Shown: positions 33,201-44,000 of the stretch, piece by piece
Layout: each line of letters starts with the position of its first letter
Numbering within the stretch: the first letter of the stretch is position 1
Assembly (NCBI GenBank): GCA_963751345.1
Contig: CAVVUS010000041.1
Location: 1 to 61,654, forward strand
DNA: 61,654 bases
Reading direction: 5' to 3'
DNA from: an uncultured Chloroflexia bacterium
GTDB taxonomy: Bacteria; Chloroflexota; Anaerolineae; B4-G1; SLSP01
Made by a program: the position numbers and the translations under genes
The notes under the pieces: model-generated
The model's database searches: none
What the model was told of the DNA's origin: nothing
What the model saw: only the letters and a program-made list of their open reading frames with translations

Positions 33201-33942
33201 GCGATGCGCTCCTGTACATAGTCTGTCACCGCCCGAATCGCCGCCTCACGTTCGCAATCGCGGAACATCTCGTGCTCGGTCTTTTCAAACCACACGATAC
33301 GCTTCTCATCCCCAGGCGTCGCAGTAGCATTCAGCACGATCTCAGCGCTTTCCGGAGCGACGGTCGTGTCGCCGCGGCTCTGAAGGATCCGTGTTGGCAC
33401 CGTCACCTCCGGGAGACGCTGCCGGGCCTGGCGTGAGAAGTCCAAGAACTGGATGACGGTCTCCATCGGCGCCCACTCATAGTTCGTGTCATACTGAGCC
33501 AGGGACGGATCCGCGTATACCGGCGGAAGGTTCCACCTCTTGAGCACGCGTTGCAGGACCGGCTTGAGGAAGCTCAGAGGGCGCCCGGGGGCAAGAGGCG
33601 AGGCCAGCTGCACGGCAGGTGCTGCCAGCACGATGCTGTCGACCACATTCGCGTGATCCGCAGCCAGGTTGATCGCAACGAGGGCGCCCATACTGTGACC
33701 GACAATGACGACACGCTCAGCCTCGGTCAGGAGATCGTGCAGGGTCGTCTCCCCATCGTCGACCCAGTCCTGCCAACGAACACCCCGCAGCGCGTCCGGG
33801 GTTGGGGCGCCGTGCCCTCGCAGCACAGGCATGCGGACTGGGTAGACCCAGCGGCTCGATCGCAGACCGCGATACCGCTGACGCAGTCGAGGCTCGATGT
33901 AAAGCCGTGTGCGATCAAGACACCGAGAGGATGATCTGCCAT
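33185..33942 (-). CDS. Alpha/beta hydrolase carboxylesterase (frameshifted ~33840-33880)
   Basis: HGFTS, LRGHG, GHSMG, DTTV, His near C-terminus. Confidence 0.85.
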
Positions 33943-34105
33943 CTATGCCTCCTCACGCCAATATCGTGTCTACCGCTGTGATTGAAGAATGGGATCGGGT
34001 CTGGTCCATGCCACATTGTAACACGACAGAGTGTGATGCAAACGCACTCCGCACGATGTGGTAGAATAGGCACGGACAACCTAGACGTAGTCTTCGTAGG
34101 CGGCA

Positions 34106-35291
34106 ATGTCTTCAGCCAATCACAAACGCACCAGAACACTCTTGTCTGCGGCGAAAATCGCACTGCGTATCGCTGCGGGAGGATTCGTACTGATTCTTGC
34201 CGTCTGGATTGGCTCAGAACTCTCGCGGACACTCGACGCGCCCGATGTGCAGGCCGTCGCCACAGCCTTGCCAAGCTTTCCCGCCGCGGGGCCACCTATT
34301 GCCCCTTCGCCTTCACCTTCCGCTCGGGCGACGGCGTCCGCGACCTCGCCGTCTGCAACCATCGGTGCCCCGCCCCAGCCGACGCTAGCCGCGCCGACGC
34401 CAGTCGCGACACCGATCCGTGCCGCGCCTCGTCGCGGGCACGGATGGTGTCAACGTACGACTGGGACCGGCGACAAGCTTCGACAAGATCGGCTTCCTGG
34501 AGCCGGGCCAGGAAGCGGCGGTGACGGGATGGGGCAACGGGTGGTGGCAGATTGAATACCGTGGCCAGGTCGCGTGGGTCTCCGGCGCATACGCTGACGC
34601 AACCGGGGCAGACCAGATCGTCGAGCCTACGCCGCCTACAGAGAACAGTGACCCAGGAGAACCGAGCCCGCACTTGGTCGCAGGCGACAACGGCGTCAAT
34701 GTTCGCCTCGGGCCGAGAGTTGCCTTCGACAAGGTGGGACATCTGGAACCTTCTGCCGAGGCCCCGGTTATCGCGAGGAGTCAGGGCTGGTGGCAAATCG
34801 CCTATCTGGGCGGGACCGGATGGGTCTCGGGCCAGTTCGTCACGGCATTTGGCGCCGAAACCGTGGCAGAGGTCACGCCGCCTTCCACCCCGCAGCCCAC
34901 ACCGACCTTGCCACCTGCCCCTGTGTGGGCCATCGACGAAGCCCGCTGGATCGATGTCGACCTATCGGAGCAGCGTCTCACCGCATATCGCGGTATTATC
35001 CCTGTCCAGAGCTACCTCGTCTCAACGGGGCTTCCGCAGACGCCGACCCCACTCGGACAATACCGCATCTGGATCAAGCTACGCTACGATGACATGGCCG
35101 GGGAAGACTACTATATCAAGGACGTTCCCTGGGTGATGTACTTTTACGAGGGCTATGGGCTCCACGGTGTGACCTGGCACGCGAATTTCGGCCACCCGAT
35201 GAGCCACGGCTGTGTCAACCAGCCCAACGATATGGCGGAATGGCTCTTCAACTTCGCCGACGTGGGCACGCTCGTGAACGTCCACGAGTGA
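34106..35291 (+). CDS. L,D-transpeptidase with two SH3 domains (frameshift ~34435)
   Basis: N-terminal TM, Pro/Ala linker, two VNVRLGP SH3 repeats, DVDLSEQ, HG...SHGCVN. Confidence 0.88.
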
Positions 35292-35308
35292 GGGACAGCG
35301 CCGTGCAC

Positions 35309-35440
35309 TTACCGATCCGGCCCACCCTCTAGTGCTTCAAGGGTCTGCATCAGGCGCCGAAACCGCAGATACATGGTGATGCCCAGTCCGAGGGGCACCG
35401 CACAGAAGATCGCGTAAGCGACGATGAGATAGATCGGCAT
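35309..35440 (-). CDS. ccmD: CcmD-like small membrane protein
   Basis: ATG after AAGGAGG; YLIVAYAIF TM followed by a charged tail; downstream of and in frame with ccmC. Confidence 0.6.
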   Translation of the reverse strand: MPIYLIVAYAIFCAVPLGLGITMYLRFRRLMQTLEALEGGPDR

Positions 35441-36154
35441 CGCGTCCTCCTTAAAGCTCTCTCGCGCAAGCTGCAGCGCAGTCAGACGATCCCGCGCCAG
35501 TGCAAGCCGGATCCGCTGACGCAGCAAGGTAGCATAGATAAGAGTGAAGGCGCCCAACGAGACGAAGAGCGTCTGCACCATCTTAGGCGTCATAGCCATT
35601 CCCTCCGAGGAGATGACCTGGGGATGGATGGTTCGCCACCACCGAATCGCGAACCACGAGAGCGGTACCGTGACAAAGGCAACGATGCCGTACACGGCGG
35701 CGAATCGCGCCTCCTGACCAGGGCTGTTCACCGATCCACGCAGCATCACATAGGCGACGTAGACCAGCCACTGCACGGCTGAGATCGTCAACCGCGGCTC
35801 CCAGGTCCAGTAGACGCCCCAGACCGGACGCGCCCACAGCATCCCTGTGAGCAATGTCATCGAAATGAAAGCCAGCCCCACCTCTGCCGAGGAGAACGCG
35901 ACGATGTCCCAACGCCGATCTCCGCGGATGAGATAGACGACGCTTGCCAAGAAAGTCACAAAGAACCCGAAGAATCCCACCCAGGCCGAAGACACGTGAA
36001 AATAGAAGATACGCTGCACATCGCCCATCGTCGCCTCGCGAGGCGCGTAGCCGAAGACCATCCACATCGCCCCAAGGAACGCAAAGACGCTCAGGATGGC
36101 GAGGCCGCCACCAACCCACCGCTTGCCCTCCAGGGCCATCGTACCGCTTGCCAT
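35441..36154 (-). CDS. ccmC: Heme exporter CcmC (no stop seen before ccmD)
   Basis: QRIFYFHV, WARPVWGVYWTWEPRLT, WRTIHP. Confidence 0.9.
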
Positions 36155-36159
36155 CGATT

Positions 36160-36813
36160 CTAAGCCTCCAGAATGGTCTCGAACGTCAAAAGCGAGGCCG
36201 CCGCGATCAGCAGATCGTAGACGACCAACAGGCGGGTCCACCCGGCCAGATCCGCCCAGTGCAGTCCGTCCAGCAGGCCACCGGTCGCCTGTACTGCCGC
36301 GATCAGCAGCGGGACGACCAAGGGCAGCAGCAAGACGGGCAACATCACCTCACGCGCGCGGGTGTTCACCGCGATGCCGGCCAACAGCGTGCCCACGATT
36401 GCATAGCCGACGGTGCCCAGGAGCAGTATAGCGAGAACACCGGTGCTGAACAGGTTCACGTTGAAGAGAATCGTGGCCAGCGGCACCAGCACAACCTCCA
36501 GTGCCAGCATCATGGCGAGGTTACCCAGAGCCTTGCCCAGCAGGATGACGGTTCGATCGGCAGGTGTCAGCAGCAGACCGTCCATCCCACCCGTCTCGTG
36601 TTCGCGGGCCATCGACCGGCTCAGGCCGAGCGTCCCGGCAAACGCGATCGTCGTCCACAAAACTCCAGGCGCAGCCGCACGCGCGACCGGCCCCCGCAGA
36701 TCGAGGGCAAAGCTAAAGATCAGCATCGCCAAGAAGGCAAAGACGAACATCGCGCTGAGGATCTCGCGGGTGTGCAGCTCGGCGGCGAGGTCCTTCGCGA
36801 TGACGGCTGCCAC
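36160..36813 (-). CDS. ccmB: Heme exporter CcmB
   Basis: KDLAAE, APGVLW, LLGK, REVMLPVLLLP. Confidence 0.9.
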   Translation of the reverse strand: MAAVIAKDLAAELHTREILSAMFVFAFLAMLIFSFALDLRGPVARAAAPGVLWTTIAFAGTLGLSRSMAREHETGGMDGLLLTPADRTVILLGKALGNLAMMLALEVVLVPLATILFNVNLFSTGVLAILLLGTVGYAIVGTLLAGIAVNTRAREVMLPVLLLPLVVPLLIAAVQATGGLLDGLHWADLAGWTRLLVVYDLLIAAASLLTFETILEA

Positions 36814-37618
36814 CTGCCGCAGGTAGCCGGCATTCCCCTTCGGAGGGCCTGTCCTGAGCGAAGTCGGAGGAAGGGGGACGCCGGTCTGCTGGCGCCGGGA
36901 GGGGGAGGCGCGTGACGTCGGCCCGCGGTCGCTGCACCAACTCCCGGTACAGCGCCGGGAACCCAGCAGGATCCGTCACGGCATCATCATATACGACGCG
37001 TCCACGATTGAGGATCACGGTGCGGCGCCCGCCCACGGCCATATTCCCAAGGTCGTGTGACGTAAGCAGAAGCGTCCTGCCCTCCTCGGCCAGGTCCGCC
37101 AGGAGCGCCGTCAGCGCATCCGCAGCCACCGGGTCAAGCCCCGTATAGGGTTCGTCAAGCAGGAGCAGCCGAGGCCGATGGAGGACGCTGCGGGCCACGG
37201 CGAGACGCTGCTGCATCCCGCGCGAGAAGGTGCGGACGAGGTCGTTGCGCCGGTCTGCCAGATCGACACGCACCAAGAGCTCGTCGATGCGGGACTCCGC
37301 ATCTGCCAGACCATAGACTCTAGCATAGAAGCGGAGGTTCTGCTCCGCCGTGAGATCGTCATAGAGAAGGGTGCGATGAGAAAGGTAACCGATCTGACGC
37401 CGCACGTCTGCGCCCGCCTTCGCGGGATCAAGGCCCGCGACGCGGACTGCGCCCTTGGTGAGCCCGGACAGCGTGGCCAGGATCCGCAACAGCGTGGTCT
37501 TGCCCGCACCATTGGGACCCGCAAGGACCACGAACTCACCATCCCCCACGTACAGGTTGACGCTCGACAGCGCGGTACGCGGGCCGAAGGACTTGCCTAG
37601 ATCGGTGATTTCAAGCAT
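36713..37618 (-). CDS. ccmA: Heme ABC exporter ATPase CcmA
   Basis: GPNGAGKT, FSRGMQQR, LLLDEP; located in ccm operon. Confidence 0.9.
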   Translation of the reverse strand: MLEITDLGKSFGPRTALSSVNLYVGDGEFVVLAGPNGAGKTTLLRILATLSGLTKGAVRVAGLDPAKAGADVRRQIGYLSHRTLLYDDLTAEQNLRFYARVYGLADAESRIDELLVRVDLADRRNDLVRTFSRGMQQRLAVARSVLHRPRLLLLDEPYTGLDPVAADALTALLADLAEEGRTLLLTSHDLGNMAVGGRRTVILNRGRVVYDDAVTDPAGFPALYRELVQRPRADVTRLPLPAPADRRPPSSDFAQDRPSEGECRLPAAGGSRHREGPRRRAAHPRDPQRDVRLCLLGDADL

Positions 37619-37662
37619 GTTGGATCAACCGAACTGGATACCGCCACGCACGAGCAGCGCCG

Positions 37663-38898
37663 CTACTGCCCCGCCGCCTTACGGACCTCGCGTGACAGCC
37701 TGCGAGTGATGACGGCACGCTCCCGTCGGTAAGCCTCGGCATCGAGGTCGCCACGGTCGTAGCGGTCGTCCAATGCGACCACCTCAGCCACCATTGCCTC
37801 GGCGGACTCAGGCACGGGTGGCAGCGGCGACGCTGCGCTCCAAACCCTGTAGGCCGCGATTCCACCCACGGCGAGGGCGAGGGCCCCAAGACCGGCCTCC
37901 AGCCCTGCGTTGCGTTCGCGGGGCGTCGACGTGGCCAAGGATCCATCGCTGACCGTCTGTGCGACCGTCGCCTCCTGGGGTACCATCCGCAGCGTCAAGG
38001 GGACGCCGGCAGCCAGCGGCCCGGCGGTATAGGAGGCAGCCGTCCCCATCTGTGTGTCCATCAGCCCGTTGAATACGATGCCGTCGCCCTCGACCCCCAC
38101 ATCACTCCCGCTCACAATGATGACCACTGACTGTATCGGGACACCTAGCGACCGCGTGAGGACGAGCCCATCCTGATAGGGCAGATCATAGCTAAAGTCC
38201 GCCTCAACCGTTGCCGTACCCGGTGGAATCGGCAGCGTGTCGGAAAAATGGGTCACGTCGCCAACATACCGCGCACCCAGGCCGGGACCATTGAAACTCA
38301 TCGACCCGGCGCCGGCAGGCGCGGTGAACGCGACCGTGGTCAGCACGCCGGTGCTCCCAACCGGCGTGCCCATATAGGTCCGTTCGCCGGTGTTGCCGAT
38401 GAGATAGTATTCTGCGACCTCGATCCGATCTCCTTGTGGCACAAAAAACAGATGTGCTTGGTCCACCTGGACCGCAGATACGTCGCCGCCGGGCTCGTAG
38501 ATATTGATGAGGGTCGGTGCATCCGACGCGCCTTCGAAGGTGCCGGGCTCAGAATAGTAGGCGACATCCTCGTGGACCACGCGGGCCAGGTAGTCCTTAC
38601 CCACCTCGGCCCCCAGCCCTTCGAAACGAAAGGTGCCGTCAGCTGCCAGTGTGGTCGTGTAAACTGAGGTCCACGTGTCACCGCTGAAAAACTGCAGGGT
38701 CACCGCCGCCCCGACGGGCAGCGTCCCATCAGGGGTGCCGTTGACGACCTCGCCGAGGAGCGTCCCCCCATCCGGTGCCTGCGCCGCGACACCACCGACC
38801 CAGACGAGGCTCATCACGAACAACAGGCAGGTGAGCCATACCCACCTGTTCCACCGAGGCTTGCGGTCGCCCAACGTCTCCGAACTCATCCGAATCAT
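37663..38898 (-). CDS. Exported membrane-anchored ccm-associated protein
   Basis: Signal peptide, beta-rich body, C-terminal TM and SHOCT-like LDDRYDRGDL tail. Confidence 0.6.
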   Translation of the reverse strand: MIRMSSETLGDRKPRWNRWVWLTCLLFVMSLVWVGGVAAQAPDGGTLLGEVVNGTPDGTLPVGAAVTLQFFSGDTWTSVYTTTLAADGTFRFEGLGAEVGKDYLARVVHEDVAYYSEPGTFEGASDAPTLINIYEPGGDVSAVQVDQAHLFFVPQGDRIEVAEYYLIGNTGERTYMGTPVGSTGVLTTVAFTAPAGAGSMSFNGPGLGARYVGDVTHFSDTLPIPPGTATVEADFSYDLPYQDGLVLTRSLGVPIQSVVIIVSGSDVGVEGDGIVFNGLMDTQMGTAASYTAGPLAAGVPLTLRMVPQEATVAQTVSDGSLATSTPRERNAGLEAGLGALALAVGGIAAYRVWSAASPLPPVPESAEAMVAEVVALDDRYDRGDLDAEAYRRERAVITRRLSREVRKAAGQ

Positions 38899-39239
38899 GC
38901 CGCGCCCCCTTTGACGAGAGGTTTGCCGCATCTTGGACAGAACATATGATCCGGCTCCACACGTCGGCCACAATGAGGGCAGAACTGCGTAGGTTCGTCA
39001 ACATCCGGCAATCCGGCATCGCCCGGCTCAGGCGTGGTCAGATCGACGAGAGGGGTCGCCGCTACCTCGAAGCCTGCGTCCGAGGCGGACGAACGCACCG
39101 CACGGGCCTGGCTGACCCACGCCTCGATAGTCGCTTCGACATTGATCGCAACGCGCCGAAAAGGCCGCGCGATGTAGGCCGCGACCACGGAGAGAATGGC
39201 CAGACTCACCAGAACAGTACCCAAACTCATATTGTCCAC
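38895..39239 (-). CDS. Membrane-anchored zinc-ribbon protein
   Basis: N-terminal TM ending in RPF; CPHCG...CPRCG. Confidence 0.75.
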   Translation of the reverse strand: MDNMSLGTVLVSLAILSVVAAYIARPFRRVAINVEATIEAWVSQARAVRSSASDAGFEVAATPLVDLTTPEPGDAGLPDVDEPTQFCPHCGRRVEPDHMFCPRCGKPLVKGGAA

Positions 39240-39244
39240 CTACC

Positions 39245-41726
39245 CTATTCGCTTTGGGAGCCGAGCAAGTCGGCCAGCTCCGCAGACAGCGTCTCGGCCG
39301 TCACCGGACCGATGTGCAGATACGCCAGGTATCCTTCGGAGTCCACGACAAAGGTCTCCGGTATACCTGTGATGCCATAGGCCTCGGCGATCTGGTCCCC
39401 TGTGTCCATCCCGATGGGGTACGTCGTACCATACTGCGCCAGCGCTTGCTCCACGGCCGCCAGGTCATCTTGATACGCGATCCCCACGTATGCGACGCCC
39501 TGATCGCCGAAGCGTCTCCCAGACCTGCTCCAGGTCGGGCATCTCCTCCTGGCACGATGGGCACCAGGACGCCCAGAAGTTGATCACCGTCACCTGCCCG
39601 CGAAGCTGCTCGAGCGAGACGGTTGTACCATCAAGCATAGTGAGCCGGAAATCCGGCACCGGCTGCCCAACCAGCGGCCGGCCCCCACCTTGGTTGGGAT
39701 CCACGCCATGGGGGACGCCCCACATGGCCCACCCCGCACCCGTGAGCAACACCACGCCCGCTGCCAACACGAGTCCGTTCATCGTCCGACTCCGCAGTCG
39801 CGGCCAGAATGCCAACGCGCCACCTGCCATGAAAATCAGACCGCCCAACCAGAGGAAATTCACCAGTGGATTGACGACGATCTTGAACGTCGCATCGTTG
39901 CCGCTATCGGACCATCCCGAAAGGATGAGGTAAAGATCCTCTTTGACGCCGGGCGCCAATGCGGGGACGGTGACCGACTGATCGGAGTTGACGTAGTCGT
40001 TGAGTCTCGGCGCGAGACCGGCGACATAGCTGCCGTCTCGATAGACAGAAACGGATGCCCAAACGCTGCTGTAGTCACCGACGAACTCCTGCTGTAGATT
40101 GTCGTAGACGAGCGTGTAGTCACCAACCTCGGCAGGCTGAGCCAACGACAATGTCCGCTCTGCCTCGAGCGGGTACATACGGCTCCCGATGACGCCTACC
40201 GCCATAAGGATGACGCCCACGTGGACGAGATACCCACCGTATTTCCGGCGCTGCAGGCGAAAGAGCCGCCCCAGTGCATTGAGGGGCGCTTCGCCGGTAC
40301 GCTTGCTGCGGTCTGCTGCCCCCTGGACCAGCTCTGCCAGCGTCGTCACGCCCGCGAGGCCAACGAAGGCGAATCCTACCAGGGAAGCCGGAAGTGTGAA
40401 CCCGGCAAGCGCTGCACCCGCGGGTATGCCCACGGCCCCCAGCCCAACGAGCCAGGCGCGAGAACGTAGGCGGACCAGGGTCGTCGCAGCTCGCCCGAGC
40501 AGTGGACACAGCCCCAACAACAGCACCAACGCCCCAAACTGCGGCCCCGTGACACGGTCAAACCATGCAGGGCCGGCCTCGAACCGCTGGGAGGCCAGGG
40601 CTTCGGTCAGAGTCGGCAGCAAACTCCCCACCAGGACCGAGAGGGTCAGCATCGAGAACAGCACCAGCGTCAGGAAGAAGAGGCCATCGCGTGACAGCAG
40701 CCGGTCGAAAGTCTGCTGTCCACGCAGGAGCTTCCGGCGACTGTAGAGTAAGCCCAGCGATCCCACCAGAGTCACCCCGATGGCAGACAGGAAGTAGCTG
40801 CCCAGGTTAGATGCAGCATATGCGTGTACCGACTGGATCATGCCGCTGCGCGTGGCGAAAGTCCCGAAGAGCACCAGCGTAAACGAGGCGATGGCCAGTG
40901 CGAAGTTCCAGACCCGAAAGCCGCGTCTCTCGTCCTGCATCACGGCCCCGTGCAGCAGCGCTGTCGTCGTCAACCACGGCAACAGTCCGGCGTTTTCCAC
41001 GGGGTCCCACCCCCAGTAGCCGCCCCACCCCAGCACGTCATACGCCCAGCGCATCCCGAGCAGTAGACCCAGCCCAAGCCCCAGCCAGGCTAGCAGGATC
41101 CAGCTCCGCAGGCCGCGCGTCCACCCCTCAATCCTCCGCGTGACAAGCGCCGCCAACGCAAAGGCGAAGGGCACCGCCAGTCCAACGTAACCGACGTAAA
41201 GTGCCGGGGGATGGAAGATCATACCGGGGTGGCGCAGCAACGGGTTGAGGCCCTGCCCATCTACAGGGACAGGCGACAGCGAGACAAAGGGATTCGAGAG
41301 CAAGAGCGTCACACCGACGAAGAAGATCGTGATGACGTTGAGGAAAACGGTCGCCCACGGCACCAACGGCCGGGCCTGGTCCGCGGGGCGGGCGGTGGCC
41401 AACGCAGCAAAGAGCGCCTGAAGCGCACACCACAACAGAAGCGAACCTTCTTGCCCCGCCCACACCGCCGAAACCTTGAGGTAGGCGGGGATGACGGTCG
41501 AGGAGTGCTCAGCAACATAGCGCACGGAGAAGTCATTGGTCAGAAAGGCGGCCAGCAGCAACAACAGCGCCCCCCCGAGCAGCCAGGCCAGGGCCAGCGT
41601 CCCATGGCGCGCGCTCTCCATCCACCGCGAATCGCGCCGGTAGATTCCCCAGAGCGCAGCGAACGCCGCGTACACGGCGACGATAACAGAGAGTATCAGT
41701 AGGTTCTGTCCGATCTCAGCGAGCAT
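39245..41726 (-). CDS. ccmF: Heme lyase CcmF fused to TlpA/CcmG thioredoxin domain (frameshift ~39490)
   Basis: WAGQEGS, HPP, WGGYWGWDPVEN, SVHAY; in-frame NFWASWCPSC, then GIPETFVVD. Confidence 0.92.
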
Positions 41727-42209
41727 CTAGTCTCCCGTCTGCCCCGGAATCGCCTCTTCGTAGCGGGTTGGGCACTTGAGCAGCACCTCATCCGCCCGAA
41801 AGCGTCCGTCGTCCCCCAATTGTCCGCGCACGATCGCCTGAGCCTCATTCTGCAGCAGGTCCGGCTTCACGCTATCGTAGACGATCTCGATCGTCCCCAG
41901 ACTCGCATCCAACGTGGCCTTATGGAGCACCTGTGCCAGCCCCCCTTGCGCTTCTACTACCTTCGGGTCGCCGGGAACTTGGACAATCGTAAATGTGACC
42001 TGTGGTCCCATCGGATCATACACAATGGTATCACCAAGTACGGCGCCGGAAATCGTGATATTACGCCCGAGCGCATCGTCGCCCATCGCACGGAGCTCAT
42101 CAACTGTGAGGAAATACTGAGCCGTCGTCCCCGTACTTGAGACAATCAGGTAGCCGACGGCAGCGACGACCAACAGCCCCGCAACGATAAAGGTGGTCCG
42201 GTTCCGCAT
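41727..42209 (-). CDS. ccmE: Heme chaperone CcmE, CxxxY type
   Basis: N-terminal TM; KPDL; LLKCPTRY. Confidence 0.88.
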   Translation of the reverse strand: MRNRTTFIVAGLLVVAAVGYLIVSSTGTTAQYFLTVDELRAMGDDALGRNITISGAVLGDTIVYDPMGPQVTFTIVQVPGDPKVVEAQGGLAQVLHKATLDASLGTIEIVYDSVKPDLLQNEAQAIVRGQLGDDGRFRADEVLLKCPTRYEEAIPGQTGD

Positions 42210-42250
42210 CGCATTCTCCCTAGCCTAACAAAGGTATCTCATAAGGTATC

Positions 42251-43724
42251 TTATGATGAGAGGAGCGCATAGTGCTCCAGTGTCTCACGAAGGGTCGGGC
42301 TAATCTTCCCGAGCACCTGATCGCGAAGCTCTTCGGCGGCCTCTTTCCCCACGAGCTCGCGAAGGACGCTATGCTGCGTCTGCAAGAAACGCCGGTAGAT
42401 CGCCGCCAGCTCGTTAGCCGTAAGATGGCTTTCGGTCCGGTCGTCGATGCGGCTATCGCGAATACTGACGGGCAGATCTCGGCAGCGCCGGTTCACCTCA
42501 TCCTCGCAAGCGTTCGCCTCCTCGGGCGAGGCCCGCAGCGGGATGGCGTTCCGGCACATCAGCTCGGCAAACTCGCGCAGGACCCGCCGTAACTGACTTT
42601 TGTCAGGATCCGCAGGCTGGACAAGGTCGACGAGATAGAGCCCGTAGAGGATCCGGCTGATCTCGAACTCCGTTAACCCGGCAAGACGAGCGACTGTGGT
42701 GATGTCCTTTGTCCCATCGATGATCGAAAGAATCCGCTGCTCTACATCCAGGAGCTGCAACTCCTCGTCGCGAGCATCCCACGTCCCGAGGTTCGAAAAG
42801 AGCATCGGACGCGGGGACAATCCCCTGGATGATCTGCCATGAGTCCAGTTGGCGTGCCCCTTCAAGAATGAGGGTGTCGGCGTCGCGATCCAACACCACG
42901 CATCCCTCGCGCGGACAGCCGCGCTGATCGAAGACGTACCCGCCCCGCTGCCAGCGAAAGAGCTGAAGAACGTCGTCAAGCACGCGGTCCCTATCCATCA
43001 CAGGTCTGTCGGAGGCCTGCGACCCCACACAGTGCAGTCTACCTTGATCGAAGGTCATCGTCCGGCTGAGCGAGCCGTTCGTCACGACAAGGGTCCCACT
43101 GTGCTTGCCCGACGCAACCAACTTGATCAGATCAGGCAGATGGAACTCCTGCAAGTCCCCCTGCAGGGTCATCAGGTCGCCCGTGAAAGGTGCGCAGTCC
43201 TCCGCAGCATTGAGTTGGTCCGCAATGTCGGTCAGCCAGTCCATGTCCAGCCGGGCTGAAGCGATCGAATGCTCCAGAATAGCTTGCTGAAGGGAGTGAG
43301 CTTTGGCGCTCGCACAGTGGCCTTCCAGATCGGAAACCCACTCGCGTAGGAAGTCGATCCTCCGTCGCAGGAGCGGCTCAGCCTGATCGCGTGGTAACCG
43401 ATTCAGCAGCGAGATGCCAAGGTCATATTCGGTCCGGATCGGCTCGACAGACGCCAGGAGATCGCGCATATCCTCCAGGAACTGCTCACGCCCGAGCTTG
43501 GTCACATGGTACACCGTCTTCTCTCCGCCGGTCCCTCGGGCGTGCGCTTCTGCAATCAGCCCTAGACGGTGAAGTTTGTTAAGGGAGTAGTAGATCGCGG
43601 CAGTGCTGATCTCAAACCACAACTCGACCCCCTCGCCCTTGAGTGCCTGGCCAATCTCATAACCGTGCATGGGACGCTCCACCAGGAAACCAAGCGCCAG
43701 AAGATCGTTCCTTGTCAGTTTCAC
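42251..43724 (-). CDS. PadR-family regulator fused to DUF4388-like domain (frameshift ~42780)
   Basis: PMHGYEI, IYYSLNKL, YHVTKLGRE; LQGDLQEFHLPDLI...SGTL; GTG after AGGAGG. Confidence 0.8.
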
Positions 43725-43808
43725 CGTAGTTCCTCCTGGCAGCCTAAGAGGGTCACGCGATCCGACCGCCACTTCGGGCATTATACCATGCGTCGGGAGA
43801 ACGGCGCG

Positions 43809-43881
43809 TAGTCAGTACTGAATATTCTCAATCTTCGTATTTGACTGAAATTAGTCACTATGATATACTCAAGTCTGAATC
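43809..43881 (+). promoter_or_regulatory. Promoter of cytochrome operon with flanking palindromic operator candidates
   Basis: TTGACT (43841)-17 nt-TATACT (43864) with TG extension; TAGTCAGTACTGAATA (43809) and TACTCAAGTCTGAATC (43866). Confidence 0.7.
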
Positions 43882-44000
43882 ATTGTGCCGAGGAGGTGCC
43901 ATCCAAGAGACGTACCCAGACTGCCTCTAGCCTTCGCTGATGCCTTGCGGAATCTGCTCTTATCTCGCCTGTCCTCACCCTAATGCCCTGGAGGTCCGTT

